A stretch of DNA of 64,000 nt from positions 112,976 through 176,975 of the forward strand of contig NIVC01002412.1 in the NCBI GenBank assembly GCA_002269645.1, read 5' to 3'. Shown one piece after another: positions 46,101 through 58,424 of this stretch. Within the stretch, counting starts at the first letter, position 1. Each line of letters begins with the position of its first letter. This stretch comes from Macrostomum lignano. Its lineage: Eukaryota. The translations under genes and the position numbers were made by a program. Below the pieces are notes generated by a model that was given only the letters and a program-made list of their open reading frames with translations, ran no database searches and was not told the DNA's origin.

Positions 46101-48258
46101 GTGTCACCTGAATCTCCCCGCGCATCTCTACGTGAGCTGGTGAATCTCTATGCATCTCCACGTGAGCTGGTGAATCTCTATGCATCTCCACGTGAGCTGG
46201 TGAATCTCTATGCATCTCCACGTGAGCTGGTGAATCTCTATGCATCTCCACGTGAGCTGGTGAATCTCTATGCATCTCAGAGCCGCCTCACCTGCCAGTC
46301 CCCCGTTGATGGTGGCCAGCAGGGACCAAGTGGTGGAGCGCAGCCGTCCCAGCAGCATGGTGGCGATAGCGCCGCTGCTGCCGCTCAGGCAGGTGTTCAC
46401 CATGGCCAGAGCCACCACCTGGCCGTCGCCGCTAGCCGCTATGGACGCCTGCGAGCCGCCGTTGAAGGCGAAGAAGCCGAAGTAGAGAATGAAGGCGCCG
46501 AGGGAGGCCAGCGGCACCGAGTGGCCGCGAATTTCGCTCGGGCGGCCGCCGGCTGCCGCGTCGAAGCGGCCGATCCGCGGCCCGAGGATGGCGGCGGCGA
46601 CGAGAGCGGCACTGCCGCCGACCATGTGCACCACCCCGGAGCCGGCGAAGTCCTGAACAGTGATTCGGCGCTGTGATGCTAAAATTCCCTAGAAACCTCT
46701 TCCCCAACGAAAATCCCAAAATCCCCAGGTTCGCCTAATCTCTGCACCACGATCTAAATGGAGGTCCACCCACCTGGTAAGTGGAGTGAATGGTTGTCCC
46801 GTCGCCATACGTGATGTCGATGCCTTTGGCCAGCCAGCCTGTTGGAGTCCAAGCCCAGTGCGTCACCACGGGATAGATGAAGCCTGCAAATCGAGCGTGA
46901 TCTGTCTGTCAAACACATTAATTTATGGCTTGTGCACAAAACTTGCTATCATGCAATTCTTCGTCCCGACTGAAAGGTCGGGGGTTCGATTCTCAAACCA
47001 CTCGAAACAGTTTGTGTCCTTGAGCAAGACACTTAACTCTGCATTGCTTCAGTTCACCCAGCTGTAAAATGGGTGCCAGCATTAGCTGGGGTAACTGAGG
47101 GTGTGAGTGGCGACCCCCCAGTTCTTGGACTGAACAGCCGTACGCAGCCTTCAGATGCGCCGCACAATAGCTGCGGCTGAGCTGTCTCAGCTTCCTGGCT
47201 TCACTGTGAGCAGAATCACGCATCATTTGTCTACATAGGTTACTCCGGCTCCACTTAATGAGCTTAAGTTGTCAAGCCCTTTCATCCCATCATCCATGGC
47301 TCCAGACTCACCAGTGATGAAGGCCGTATAGGCAAGGTAAGCGGTGAACTCGCATCTCTCGGCCACCGCTCCGCTCACGATGGTGGCGGCTGTGGCGGCG
47401 AACATGAACTGGAACAGCACGCGGGAGTAGCTGGTGGCAGGCAGCCGGCTCAGCGCCCAGTGACCGCCGCCGCAGAACAGATTGCCCGGCTCGCCGAATG
47501 CCAAAGCGTAGCCAATCAGATAGTAGGCAATGCCGCCTATGACTGTTATAATTTGCGATTGGGAGTGAAAATTTTATGTCATGAATTTATAGTTGTTATT
47601 ATCAATAGAAAATACAATCAGGCCCTTATTTTCATTGCTATTTTTGAGGTCGCTCGTATTGTGGGCCGCTAAAAATTCAATTACCTGGTCTCTATCAGGG
47701 ACCAGAAGACGAGAGAGGGGAGAGAAGGAGAGAATAGGAGAGCGGGGAGAGAAGAGAGCTGAGAGAAGACACAAACCCTGAGCGGGCCGGATTGCTATTG
47801 TGAAGTTTCAAAGAACCCGAGGGTCGGGTAGAGAGGCTTGGATGGCCGCATGTGGCCCGCGGTCCAGCGTTTGCCGACCCTTGCTTTAAGTAGTTAACTT
47901 TTAGTCTCTGATCTTCGCCGTTACCTAATGATAGCCTGACAATAATCTTCTGTGTGGCACGCACTCAAACACGCGCTCACACAGGGTGTTCAGCAGCCCT
48001 AACTTTCTAATCTGCATGAAAACGAAAGCATACGAAAAACACAGAGCTCTCACACGAATCCAAAATATTCTTAATCAGAATGTTGGTGGCATTCTTTGAT
48101 CGGACAGCGCCAGCCTCCAGGAAGGCGAAGCCGCACTGCATGAAGTAGATCACAATGGCCATCGTGCACAGGAAAAAATCGTTCAACGACTGATCGGTCG
48201 CGTCCATGCGAGCGGCCAGGCCGGCCAAGGTCGTGTCCGAGGAGGCATTGTCCGACAT
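42994..48258 (-). CDS. amt: Amt-family ammonium transporter, 7 exons, 512 aa (48258-48054, 47542-47312, 46883-46774, 46652-46292, 44993-44559, 43452-43387, 43124-42994)
   Basis: GT-AG introns with consistent phases; exons sum to 1539 nt. Amt signatures: [73 protein letters not shown] (both pore histidines present). Confidence 0.96.
43387..43452 (-). CDS. amt: Amt exon 6 (66 nt, symmetric)
   Basis: cactccag|(T)[22 protein letters not shown]|gtgagt. Confidence 0.8.
43540..44538. repeat. 43-bp minisatellite GGAGTGACACAAGCACTAGGCTATTAGTAGCGGACACTCCAGA in Amt intron 5
   Basis: Period of 43 (CTATTAG at 43861 and 43904); no spacers. Confidence 0.96.
44559..44993 (-). CDS. amt: Amt exon 5
   Basis: gccaag|(G)MVAICAGC...[15 protein letters not shown]...[22 protein letters not shown]...WGD A|gtgagt. 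Confidence 0.94.
45015..46110. repeat. Highly homogeneous 20-bp satellite GTGTCACCTGACCTATGATT in Amt intron 4
   Basis: Read directly. Confidence 0.98.
46111..46280. repeat. 30-bp repeat CGTGAGCTGGTGAATCTCTATGCATCTCCA (~5 copies) next to the Amt exon 4 donor
   Basis: Read directly. Confidence 0.93.
46292..46652 (-). CDS. amt: Amt exon 4
   Basis: gttcag|[13 protein letters not shown]...FNGGS...INGGLA G|gtgagg. Confidence 0.95.
46774..46883 (-). CDS. amt: Amt exon 3
   Basis: tttgcag|(G)[20 protein letters not shown]...TYQ|gtgggt; not in the ORF track. Confidence 0.94.
46969..47186 (+). mobile_element. CORE-type SINE, truncated at both ends, in Amt intron 2
   Basis: B box GGGGGTTCGATTCTC, CORE TGTGTCCTTGAGCAAGACACTTAACTCT...CAGCTGTAAAATGGG; lacks the A box and tail. 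Confidence 0.87.
47312..47542 (-). CDS. amt: Amt exon 2
   Basis: ataacag|(F)[16 protein letters not shown]...VSGAVAER...FIT G|gtgagt. Confidence 0.94.
47705..47883 (-). mobile_element. hAT-like MITE copy 3 (one end plus short AG core)
   Basis: The reverse complement starts CAAGGGTCGGCAAAC...GGGCCACATGCGGCC...GAAACTTCACAATAGCAATCCGGCCCG, matching copies 1 and 2. Confidence 0.7.
48054..48258 (-). CDS. amt: Amt exon 1
   Basis: MSDNASS...[30 protein letters not shown]|gtgaga. Confidence 0.93.
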
Positions 48259-49545
48259 TTTTTGGATGACAGGGTTGTAAGTTTTCTTAGGCTTAATAAA
48301 ATGTAAGGTGAAAGTTTTTCGGCTGTCACATTTATACAGCGCTACATCACTAATTTTGCTGTGAACTCACCCAATGCTCACTTGAACTGGATACTTCCTT
48401 GGAGGTCAACTTGAAAGCAGACTGGGGCTTGAGTTACAGCTGTACAGTTGCACACGGGGACTTCTGACGTGGGCGTGCGTGAAAACCGACACAAGCTTTG
48501 CGTGGGTGATACTCATAATTGTTGAAACAAGGCGTAATGGATTTTTATTGATTTCCTGGTTGTCAAGAGGAAACGCCCTTTTTATGGACAAATGGACAAA
48601 AAACACTGATGAGTCGAGTCAGTTATGTAATTAATTTCATCCATAAATTAAAGTCAAGGAAACAACTGAAGGACATCAAGGTTATCATTTAAAAGATGAC
48701 CGATAATTCAGATACATCAACTTGTACCCATCGAAAAAACTACAATTATCGAAATTGGCTTTGTGACTCGGTAGCTGTGCCAAAAAGCGCTGACTTAAGG
48801 TAAACAAATTTGATTACATTTTGAATATTAAAATAAAAAATTCCTGGGTACATTGCACCTGTTTTTGCTAAATGACCAACCATTTTTGTGTATAGGATTA
48901 AATTTCAGACTAAAATACATATTCACGGAAATCCACGTTTATTTAAATTCGGGTTTAGTTAAACTGCACAGCTATCGTCGACTAATTGTCTAAACGCATA
49001 TTAAATAACAAAAGGAACAAGCAAACAAAAATTTACTTTTCAAGCTATTAATAGTAGTTTGAAAAAACAGTTTTAATTACAATGTTATTTCTATTATCTA
49101 ATCAGATATTATATTAAATATATTAACAAATATATAGATAAATTACCAACAAATATAACAAATGGTAAATTTATCCGTAAAATAATCCTGAATAGGTACA
49201 ACTTTTTACAACAGAAATATGCGCCAAAGAAAAAACTGAATATTCATCTACAACAAGACATTTTTACAGCACACGAGTGTAATAAATATATTGCATAGAA
49301 ACCGGCCTCTAGTAAAATTCGCGTGTGTAAATACACTCGTATGTACAAGCGATTGATTATTTCAACAAAAATCGATACAATTTCCAACACATTATCTTTG
49401 GTTTTCAGAATATTATTTTGGTATTGTTAATGATTTAAAAATTCTATTAAATTTCTATTTAAATTATATTTATATGTATCTATGTATATCTATGTATATT
49501 ATATTCTATTTAAATTTCTATAATAATTAATACGAGCTTACGATA

Positions 49546-49551
49546 TTTATT
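49546..49551 (-). terminator. Candidate GPCR polyadenylation signal (AATAAA on -)
   Basis: TTTATT on +, ~275 nt past the stop in AT-rich sequence. Confidence 0.35.
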
Positions 49552-49824
49552 TTTTGAATTTATGATATGTACGTAATCCAGGAAATTGTTTAAATGAGAT
49601 CGAACACGCCTTTAGTGGAGGGCTATTTGCATACTTAGTAGCTATGTAAACAAAAAGCTGCATTAGTATTTTTATGGGATTTATAAACTTCCAATTAGAA
49701 TATAAACACAATAATTGTGGAGTAATGAGATAACAGCTCCCTAATGGCATGCTTTATCTTTTACAGATAATATATTTGCAAAAATCAATCCCTTGAGAAA
49801 ATTCAGTCAAACGCAGGTTTGGTT

Positions 49825-50601
49825 TCAAAACGACACCCGGCGACTTTTGGGCGACAAAACGACCTTATGGATCTCGTCAAGGGTTGCAGCGTCTTCGATC
49901 TGGCTCTTCTGCTTCTCTTCCTCCTCTTCCTCCTCAACGAGGCTTGGCCGGCTGTCTTCCCTCGCCGCGCTGCTGCCAGCCCGACTCGTTGCAGCGCCTG
50001 GTCGATTTTGTCCCGGAACTACAACCTGTCGAACGCCGACGCCGCCGACGCCAGAAGACCGTCGCCGCCGGCGCCGACGCTCCTCCTCCGCCGCGCATCT
50101 GGCCAGAAACAGCTGACGGAACGTGTCGCGAAATTTAGTGGAGAAGCAGGAGTACAGAACGAAGTTGCAGGCCGCATTAACCAGCAGGAGCAGGTTCACC
50201 ACGGCCGGTGCCACCAGGTCGAATGTTGACGAAGCCGACAGCGTGGTTGGCCTCGGCGTCTCGGCGTCGCTCTCGTTGTCGAGTGCACTGTTGCATTTCT
50301 TAGAATCGCGACGCTGATCGGCGACAGTTTTCAACAGTGTCAGCGCGGCCGACGGCAGCTGGCAGAGGCAGAAGACGATGACCACAGCAATGAGCATCAC
50401 CGTCACCTTCTGCTGCTCGGAGCCCGCGCCGCCAGGCCGATACCGACGTTGATTGGCTGTCGCCGCAGCTGCTGCAGCAATCGCCGCGGGCACCTGCAGC
50501 TGCGGCTGCGAATAGCGGATCCGGCGACTGCTGCCGCTTCGTCCGGCTGCCGCCGTCTCAACCGACGTTGTCATGGTAACGGCTGATGACTGTCGACGAC
50601 G
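49825..50601 (-). CDS. GPCR exon 2 (ICL3, TM6, TM7, C-tail)
   Basis: QKVTVMLIAVVIVFCLCQLP...NFVLYSCFSTKFRDTF...SRRVSF*. Confidence 0.9.
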   Translation of the reverse strand, partial: RRRQSSAVTMTTSVETAAAGRSGSSRRIRYSQPQLQVPAAIAAAAAATANQRRYRPGGAGSEQQKVTVMLIAVVIVFCLCQLPSAALTLLKTVADQRRDSKKCNSALDNESDAETPRPTTLSASSTFDLVAPAVVNLLLLVNAACNFVLYSCFSTKFRDTFRQLFLARCAAEEERRRRRRRSSGVGGVGVRQVVVPGQNRPGAATSRAGSSAAREDSRPSLVEEEEEEEKQKSQIEDAATLDEIHKVVLSPKSRRVSF

Positions 50602-52866
50602 CTGTTGTTGCGTGTGTGTGTTTGCAAGATTGCTGAGCCTCAATGCGGCCTCGTAAGCTTCTTACTAGGGCGGTACCTCCTCACAAACATAAGTACTACC
50701 TCCACGCATGATGCCAAATATCCTTGTGCCACAGCAACCAGACTTGCTCTGATTGATTATTCCACTTGCCCGTCCCCTCCTCCATGCCACACTCCCCACA
50801 CTTCCCCATCCCCTCCTCCATGCCACACTCCCCACACTTCCCCGTCCCCTCCTCCATGCCACACTCCCCACACTTCCCATCCCCTCCTCCATGCCACACT
50901 CCCCACACTTCCCCATCCCCTCCTCCATGCCACACTCCCCACACTTGCCGTCCCCTCCTCCATGCCACACTCCCCACACTTGCCCGTCCCCTCCTCCATG
51001 CCACACTCCCCACACTTCCCGTCCCCTCCTCCATGCCACACTCCCCACACTTCCCATCCCCTCCTCCATGCCACACTCCCCACACTTCCCCATTCCCTCC
51101 TCCATGCCACACTCCCCACACTTCCCCATTCCCTCCTCCATGCCACACTCCCCACACTTGCCCGTCCCCTCCTCCATGCCACACTCCCCACACTTCCCCA
51201 TCCCCTCCTCCATGCCACACTCCCCGCACTTCTCCATCCCCTCCTCCATGCCACACTCCCCGCACTTCCCCATCCCCTCCTCCATGCCACACTCCCCGCA
51301 CTTCCCCATCCCCTCCTCCATGCCACACTCCCCACACTTCCCCATCCCCTCCTCCATGCCACACTCCCCACACTTGCCGTCCCCTCCTCCATGCCACACT
51401 CCCCACACTTGCCGTCCCCTCCTCCATGCCACACTCCCCACACTTGCCCGTCCCCTCCTCCATGCCACACTCCCCACACTTCCCATCCCCTCCTCCATGC
51501 CACACTCCCCACACTTCCCCATTCCCTCCTCCATGCCACACTCCCCACACTTCCCCATTCCCTCCTCCATGCCACACTCCCCACACTTGCCCGTCCCCTC
51601 CTCCATGCCACACTCCCCACACTTCCCCATCCCCTCCTCCATGCCACACTCCCCGCACTTCTCCATCCCCTCCTCCATGCCACACTCCCCGCACTTCCCC
51701 ATCCCCTCCTCCATGCCACACTCCCCGCACTTCCCCATCCCCTCCTCCATGCCACACTCCCCACACTTCCCCATCCCCTCCTCCATGCCACACTCCCCAC
51801 ACTTGCCGTCCCCTCCTCCATGCCACACTCCCCACACTTGCCGTCCCCTCCTCCATGCCACACTCCCCACACTTGCCCGTCCCCTCCTCCATGCCACACT
51901 CCCCACACTTGCCGTCCCCTCCTCCATGCCACACTCCCCGCACTTCCCCATTCCCTCCTCCATGCCACACTCCCCGCACTTCCCCATCCCCTCCTCCATG
52001 CCACACTCCCCGCACTTCCCCATCCCCTCCTCCATGCCACACTCCCCACACTTATCCGCCCCCTTCTCCATGAGTTCTGCACAACCCACGTTACCCACCT
52101 GCTGCTGCTTCAGTTCAGTTGAAGTCGGCGACATCGGCAGAGTGGCCACCGCGCTGAGCCGAGCCTGCCGCTTCTTGGCCCGCAGGACGCTGCAGATGAG
52201 CAGCGAGTTGAACACGATGAGGAACAGCAGCGGACCGAAGATGAACACAGTCGGGGTGATGTGATAATAGCCGGCCTTGAGCAGCCGGCCGTAGGCTGCG
52301 GTCTTGCCAAGTGAGTACTCAACAGTGCCGTTCACCAGCCGCTGGGTCACCTTGTACTCGAAGAAGTTCGGCAAAGTGAACAGCAGAGCGGCCAGGAAAA
52401 TGATGGCGATGGTCTGCTTGGCCCTGCTGGGACTGCAGTGCCGCCTGCCCAGCATGGGGTTGTGCACCACCACCCAGCGCTCGAAGGTGAAGAAACAGGT
52501 GAGCCAGGTGGCGAAATTGCTCAGCAGATTAGCCAGAGGGAACATCCCGGCCAGTAGGTAGGCGAACCAAGCCAATCGGCTCACTCCCGGATAGAATTTC
52601 ACCGTGATCAGATAGAATAGGCACAGATATACTATATCTGTTACTGCTAACGCTGTCAAGTAGTAGTTAGTGGACGAGGCCATCCATTTTCTTGTTAGAA
52701 CGGCGATGTTAACAGCGTTGGCTGCCACGCCGAATAGAGACAGCACCGGGGTGACAGCGATGATGCTCAGTTGCACCGCCGACCTCACCGCCGCCTCCTC
52801 AGGGGATGCAGGGGCCGCGGGCGGCTCTCCGTCAGCTGCCTCGCTGATGTTGCCGCATATGGACAT
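49825..52866 (-). CDS. Class A GPCR, FMRFamide/neuropeptide-receptor-like, 2 exons (52866-52099, 50601-49825), 514 aa
   Basis: Seven TM segments; family motifs N.VNIAVLTR...SSTNYYLTALAVTD, WLT..FTFER, VVIVFCLCQLP, LVNAACNFVLY..FS.KFR. Phase-0 intron CAG|gtgggt...caacaacag| in ICL3; the exact acceptor could be 12 nt further in. Confidence 0.92.
50765..52065. repeat. 35-36 bp minisatellite CCATGCCACACTCCCCACACTTCCCCATCCCCTCCT filling the GPCR intron
   Basis: Read directly. Confidence 0.97.
52099..52866 (-). CDS. GPCR exon 1 (N-terminus to TM5/ICL3)
   Basis: First 256 aa of the 733-aa ORF; the rest of that ORF is satellite read-through. Confidence 0.92.
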
Positions 52867-52934
52867 CTCTCTGAGGGTGCAGATGAGTTTGGTGGATTTA
52901 GCAAGCTTTTAGGTTCTCTTCTACCTTCTGTATT

Positions 52935-53790
52935 TATTGTATTCTATTCTACCCTTGTGTTCCATTCTATTCTACCCTTGTGTTCCATTCTATTCTACTA
53001 ACTGTGTTCCATTCTATTCTACCCCCTGTGTTCCATTCTATTCTACCCCCTGTGTTCCATTCTATTCTACCCTTGTTTTCCATTCTATTCTACCCTTGTG
53101 TTCCTTTCTATTCTACCCTTGTTTTCCTTTCTATTCTACCCCCTGTGTTCCATTCAATTCTACTAACTATGTTCCATTCAATTCTACCCCCTGTGTTCCA
53201 TTCTATTCTACCCCCTGTGTTCCATTCAATTCTACCATGTGTTCCATTCTATTCTACCCCCCCGTGTTCCATTCTATTCTACCCTTGTGTTCCTTTCTAT
53301 TCTACCCTTGTGTTCCTTTCTATTCTACCCTTGTTTTCCTTTCTATTCTACCCTTGTTTTCCATTCTATTCTACCCCCTGTGTTCCATTCAATTCTACTA
53401 ACTATGTTCCATTCCATTCTACCCCCTGTGTTCCATTCTATTCTACCCCCTGTGTTCCATTCTATTCTACCCCCTGTGTTCCATTCTATTCTACCCCCTG
53501 TGTTCCATTCTATTCTACCCCCTGTGTTCCTTTCTATTCTACCCCCTGTGTTCCATTCCATTCTACCCTGTGTTTCATTCTATTCTACCAACTGTGTTCT
53601 CTTCTATTCTACCAGCTGTGTTTCATTCTATTCTACCCCTGTGTTCCACTCTATTCTACCCCTGTGTTCCCCCCTATTCCTACCTATTTATGCCTTCTAT
53701 GTTCCACTCTATTTTTGTCACCGTTCTCTATTCTACCCTACACTTCATTCTCTGTTTCGTTCTATTCTACCCTTAGTGTTTCATTGCATG
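52935..53790. repeat. 23-24 bp minisatellite TGTTCCATTCTATTCTACCCCCTG upstream of the GPCR start
   Basis: Read directly. Confidence 0.94.
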
Positions 53791-54284
53791 CAGCAAGTTC
53801 AGCCTTGGCTGGGTCGCCTATCGCTGCCACCTGCTTCCAGCTCTCAGCTGAGTCCACTCGAATTTCAAATTTCCTTTTGTAAATAATTGAAACTGGAAAT
53901 CTTGAAATCAATTGACAAAAAATTCACGGCTCGAGATTTTCCAGCGCCTAAGAATAGTAAATCTGGAAATGCGTGCTCAAACACCCCCGTGCCTCAACGG
54001 TGTTTGCCGAATTCACGGTACTTGTAGGTGTGAAGATTTCGCGCGAAAAATACAAAGAAGTGAATCTCGCCGCCAAGCCAAAGGTTAGTCTCGAAAGGCT
54101 CCTCTTTATTCTGAGAAATTGAAAAACTGCACTTTACATTATATTAGCTTACATTTTTTGAATTGCTTTGTTCTAAAAAGTACCTATATATGCATCCCTG
54201 TGGACACTTGGAGTGGGTGGATCTAGATGTAATTAGTTCGTAGTTATGCAGAAAATCGATAAATGATTTGTTTGAACTATAAAC

Positions 54285-56235
54285 AGATAGAGAGACGGGC
54301 AGACAGACAGGCAAATAGACAGACACTGAGACAGAAACTAAGACAGATACTAAGACAGAAACTAGGAAGACACTGAGACAGACTGAGACAGACACTAAAA
54401 CAGACACTAAGACAGACACTGAGACAGACACTAAGACAGAAACTGAGACAGACACTAAGACACACTGGGACAGACACTGAGACAGACACTAAGGCAGATA
54501 CTAAGACAGACACTGAGACAGACATTAAGACAGACACTAAGACAGAAACTAAAACAGACACTGAGACAGACACTAAGACAAACTAAGACAGACACTAAGA
54601 CAGAAACTAAGACAGACACTGAGACAGACACTGAGACAGACACTGAGACAGACACTAAGACAAGCTAAGACAGACACTAAGACAGAAACTAAGACAGACA
54701 CTGAGACAGACACTGAGACAGACACTAAGGCAGATACTAAGACAGACACTAAGACAGACACTAAGACAGACACTAAGACAGACACTAAGACAGACACTAA
54801 GACAGACACTGAGACAGACACTAAGACAGAAACTAAGACAGACACTGAGACAGACACTGAGACAGACACTGAGACAGACACTAAGGCAGATACTAAGACA
54901 GACACTGAGACAGACACTGAGACAGACATTAAGACAGACACTAAGACAGACACTAAGACAGACACTAAGGCAGACACTGAGACAGACACTAAGACAGAAA
55001 CTAAGACAGACACTGAGACAGACACTGAGACAGACACTGAGACAGACACTAAGGCAGATACTAAGACAGACACTGAGACAGACACTGAGACAGACACTGA
55101 GACAGACACTAAGACAGACACTGAGACAGACATTAAGACAGACACTAAGACAGACACTGAGACAGACACTAAGACAGACAATGAAACAGACACTAAGACA
55201 GAAACTGAGACAGACACTAAGACACACTGGGACAGACACTGAGACAGATACTAAGACAGAAACTAGGAAGACACTGAGACAGACTGAGACAGACACTAAG
55301 ACAGAAACTAAGACAGACACTGAGACAGACACTGAGACAGACACTGAGACAGACACTAAGACACACTGGGACAGACACTAAGACACACTGGGACAGACAC
55401 TAAGACAGACACTAAGACACACTGAGACAGACATTAAGACAGACACTAAGACAGACACTGAGACAGACACTAAGACAGAAACTGAGACAGACACTAAGAC
55501 ACACTGGGACAGACACTGAGACAGACACTAAGGCAGATACTAAGACAGACACTGAGACAGACACTGAGACAGACATTAAGACAGACACTAAGACAGACAC
55601 TGAGACAGACACTAAGACAGACACTGAAACAGACACTAAGACAGAAACTGAGACAGACACTAAGACACACTGGGACAGACACTGAGACAGACACTGAGAC
55701 AGACACTAAGACAGAAACTAAGACAGACACTAAGACAGACACTGAGACAGACACTAAGACAGAAACTGAGACAGACACTAAGACACACTGGGACAGACAC
55801 TGAGACAGACACTAAGGCAGATACTAAGACAGACACTGAGACAGACATTAAGACAGACACTAAGACAGAAACTAAAACAGACACTGAGACAGACACTAAG
55901 ACAAACTAAGACAGACACTAAGACAGAAACTAAGACAGACACTGAGACAGACACTGAGACAGACACTGAGACAGACACTAAGACAAACTGGGACAGACAC
56001 TAAGACACACTGGGACAGACACTGAGACAGACACTGAGACAGACACTAAGACACACTGGGACAGACACTAAGACACACTGGGACAGACACTGAGACAGAC
56101 ACTAAGGCAGACTATAAGAGAGACATTCAGAAAGATACTAAGACAGAAATTAGGACAGAAGAACAGACAGAGAGACAGGCAGACATACAGACGCTAAGAC
56201 AGACACAAACACAGGCAAATAGATAGACAGACAGA
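54285..56235. repeat. 12-bp satellite GACACT(A/G)AGACA derived from (GACA)n
   Basis: Read directly. Confidence 0.95.
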
Positions 56236-56802
56236 CACAAAAACATATTTGTAAAAGTTCGTCAATACTCAGGAAATGAGCCGCATTCCAAACTGTGGAA
56301 ACAAACCTGGAGTTGCAGCTAGGTGCAGCTAATCAAATGCAAAGCTGTATCTGGAACACTGAGGTAATCAGGTGGAAAATAATACCCGCTGGCCAGATGC
56401 ATCTGCATCTAACCAAACATATAAAGTCAAGATTCTTAGCAGGATCTGAGCCAATCCAATATCAGGGCTTCTCAAAGCTTTGAGCCAATCAGATTCCGGC
56501 AGAGCTTCATCCAGGAAGACTGCCGTCCGTCTGACAATTCGTCTTTTTCTACTATATTATTTCTATACATATCGGTAGTATTTTTTAGCTAGAGAAATTC
56601 TACAGATATACGAGTAGATGATGCATGTTGACAGGGATTATCGCGCCATGCGCTTCAATCACGCCATGGGATAACCTCGCAAGCCAGCCGGCCATTGCCA
56701 GCCGACACTGGGTTGAAACAAAATGAGAAAGAGCATCAAAATAATCCACCTGCTTTAGCACACTGTGTTCTGGAAAGAATCTAGAGCTGGTTATATTAAT
56801 AC

Positions 56803-57110
56803 TACTAATAATAATGGATTGATTACACCCGCCCCAATTGGGCCAGATGTGCAACCGACAGCTCAGCCGCAGCTATTGCGCGGCGCATCTGAAGGCTGCG
56901 TACGGCTGTTCAGTCCAAGGACTGGGGGGTCGCCACACACCCTCAATTACCCCAGCTAATGCTGGCACCCATTTTACAGCTGGGTGAACTGAAGCAATGC
57001 AGAGTGAAGTGTCTTGCTCAAGGACACAAATTGTTCCAGTGGGATCGGGAATCGAACCCCCGACATTCAAGTCATGAGTCCGACGCTTTAACCAGTAGGC
57101 TACAACCCCC
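56803..57110 (-). mobile_element. tRNA-derived CORE-type SINE, full length
   Basis: On -: A box TAGCCTACTGG, B box GGTTCGATTCC, CORE TGTGTCCTTGAGCAAGACACTT...CAGCTGTAAAATGGG, and an (ATT)n tail. Confidence 0.9.
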
Positions 57111-58424
57111 TTTTAATAATAATTTAAAATTAAAATAAGAATATTAAATATAGGCAACAATTTATCAATTTGCAACACCAAAATGATATAATTTTACGCA
57201 GCAATCTCTCGAATTTTCTTGTTTCTCGCTCACACAGGGTACACAACGGCCCTGACTGTACCCCATAGGCGAGAATTACAAGACAGGCCCGCGTGCACGA
57301 GCTCTCTACTTAATGTGGCAGGAATCGAAGCCCGATACTTCGGCTCGATAGTGTTTCTGCATTTCGGCTCGATAGTGTTTCTACACTTCCAGCTTCCAGT
57401 GGGTGGCCTCTTGTATTCGATAATGCACGCAGCGCAAGTGATGCAGAGCTAACCTCAATCCGATATTACCAGTCTGATGCACTATATGCGACATCAATTC
57501 CAGCGACTCCACAGTTCAGTCCAGTTCCTCATCATCCTCAGCATCATGATGCAGCTGCACTGACTGGGACTGACCTCAATCCTAAGTGATTGCGCCCATA
57601 TAGAGATGAGGGACTATGCCTGGCATAGAATGGATAACGATAGAGGACAGTTAAGCTGATGTAGAATGAGTTAAGCGCCAGATTCCGGATATTAGCCAAA
57701 TATTTTATTACTTCCGATTAGCCAGGTGAGTACAGTGCACACCAGCTCATCATTCTATCTCTGTATCTGCACCAGGGAAAAGCAAATCTGATAGAGACTG
57801 AGAGCAGATGTAGATCTACAAAAATCTGTACAAGATTTACAGTTCAAGCGAATTAACAACAACGCTAAAAACTGATGGCGTAGCCTACTCGCCAAGCGAA
57901 TTCTATAATGCACAGCCTCGTAAAAGAAGGCATCGGAAATTAAAACTGATAGCAGTTGGGAAGCGCTTAATGGCCAATAATACAGAGAGGAAGTTCATCA
58001 AATGTGGGCAGGGGTCACGCTTGGCTATAGCAGACGCCATCTTAGCGTCTTCTATCTTTTTATCCCCGTTGCCAAGCAGATCGGGGGGGGGCGGCAGAAT
58101 CTCCTGGGATGGCTCATCTGGAGTGTAGGGAATTATCCAATTTTAGGGATGAGGAAAGTTAACTAAGCTAAAGGATATCGCCATTCTCCTTGATCACTTT
58201 TGCTGAAGATTTAGATAGCGATTCATTGAACTGAAAATACCAATTGTTTTAGGATGATTTAACTACTGTGAGTAGCATGTATTCATGAGTTGAAAAAGAA
58301 TCGCATTGGTCTGTTTAAAGATACGAGTAGAATATTGAGCGTAAGTGATCAAGTGTCCATAAAATAGCCTAAAGAAGTGTTCACAATGTCTAGAAGTGTC
58401 CACAGAATCCAGTAGCACTGTGTC

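Noticed and set aside
46440-46500. Amt TM motif [11 protein letters not shown] instead of bacterial/plant WFGWxGFNxGS
   Set aside because: An FGF..FNGGS form is, from memory, usual in animal Amt proteins and the change keeps an aromatic residue, so it is not evidence of a novel function.
50665-52098. C-terminal ~480 aa of the 733-aa GPCR ORF (CGECGMEEGMGK repeats)
   Set aside because: Read-through into the intronic 36-bp satellite; TM6-TM7 are encoded by a separate exon at 50601-49825.
50602-52110. GPCR intron flanked by Gln codon runs (CAGCAGCAG|gt...CAACAACAG|), suggesting intron gain by duplication
   Set aside because: The similarity is too short and low in complexity to distinguish from chance.
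52440-52580. GPCR has ERW rather than DRY and no TM3-top cysteine
   Set aside because: Both are common in the FMRFamide-receptor-like group.
56990-57110. tRNA-like A and B boxes here and at 18900-19018
   Set aside because: They are SINE heads continuing into a CORE domain and tail, with no complete acceptor stem.
57339-57386. 24-bp tandem duplication TTCGGCTCGATAGTGTTTCT
   Set aside because: Only two copies; ordinary slippage duplication.
57812-58128. ~105-codon stop-free stretch on + (…PRKRRHRKLKL…)
   Set aside because: No recognisable domain, no early ATG and no convincing splice sites.
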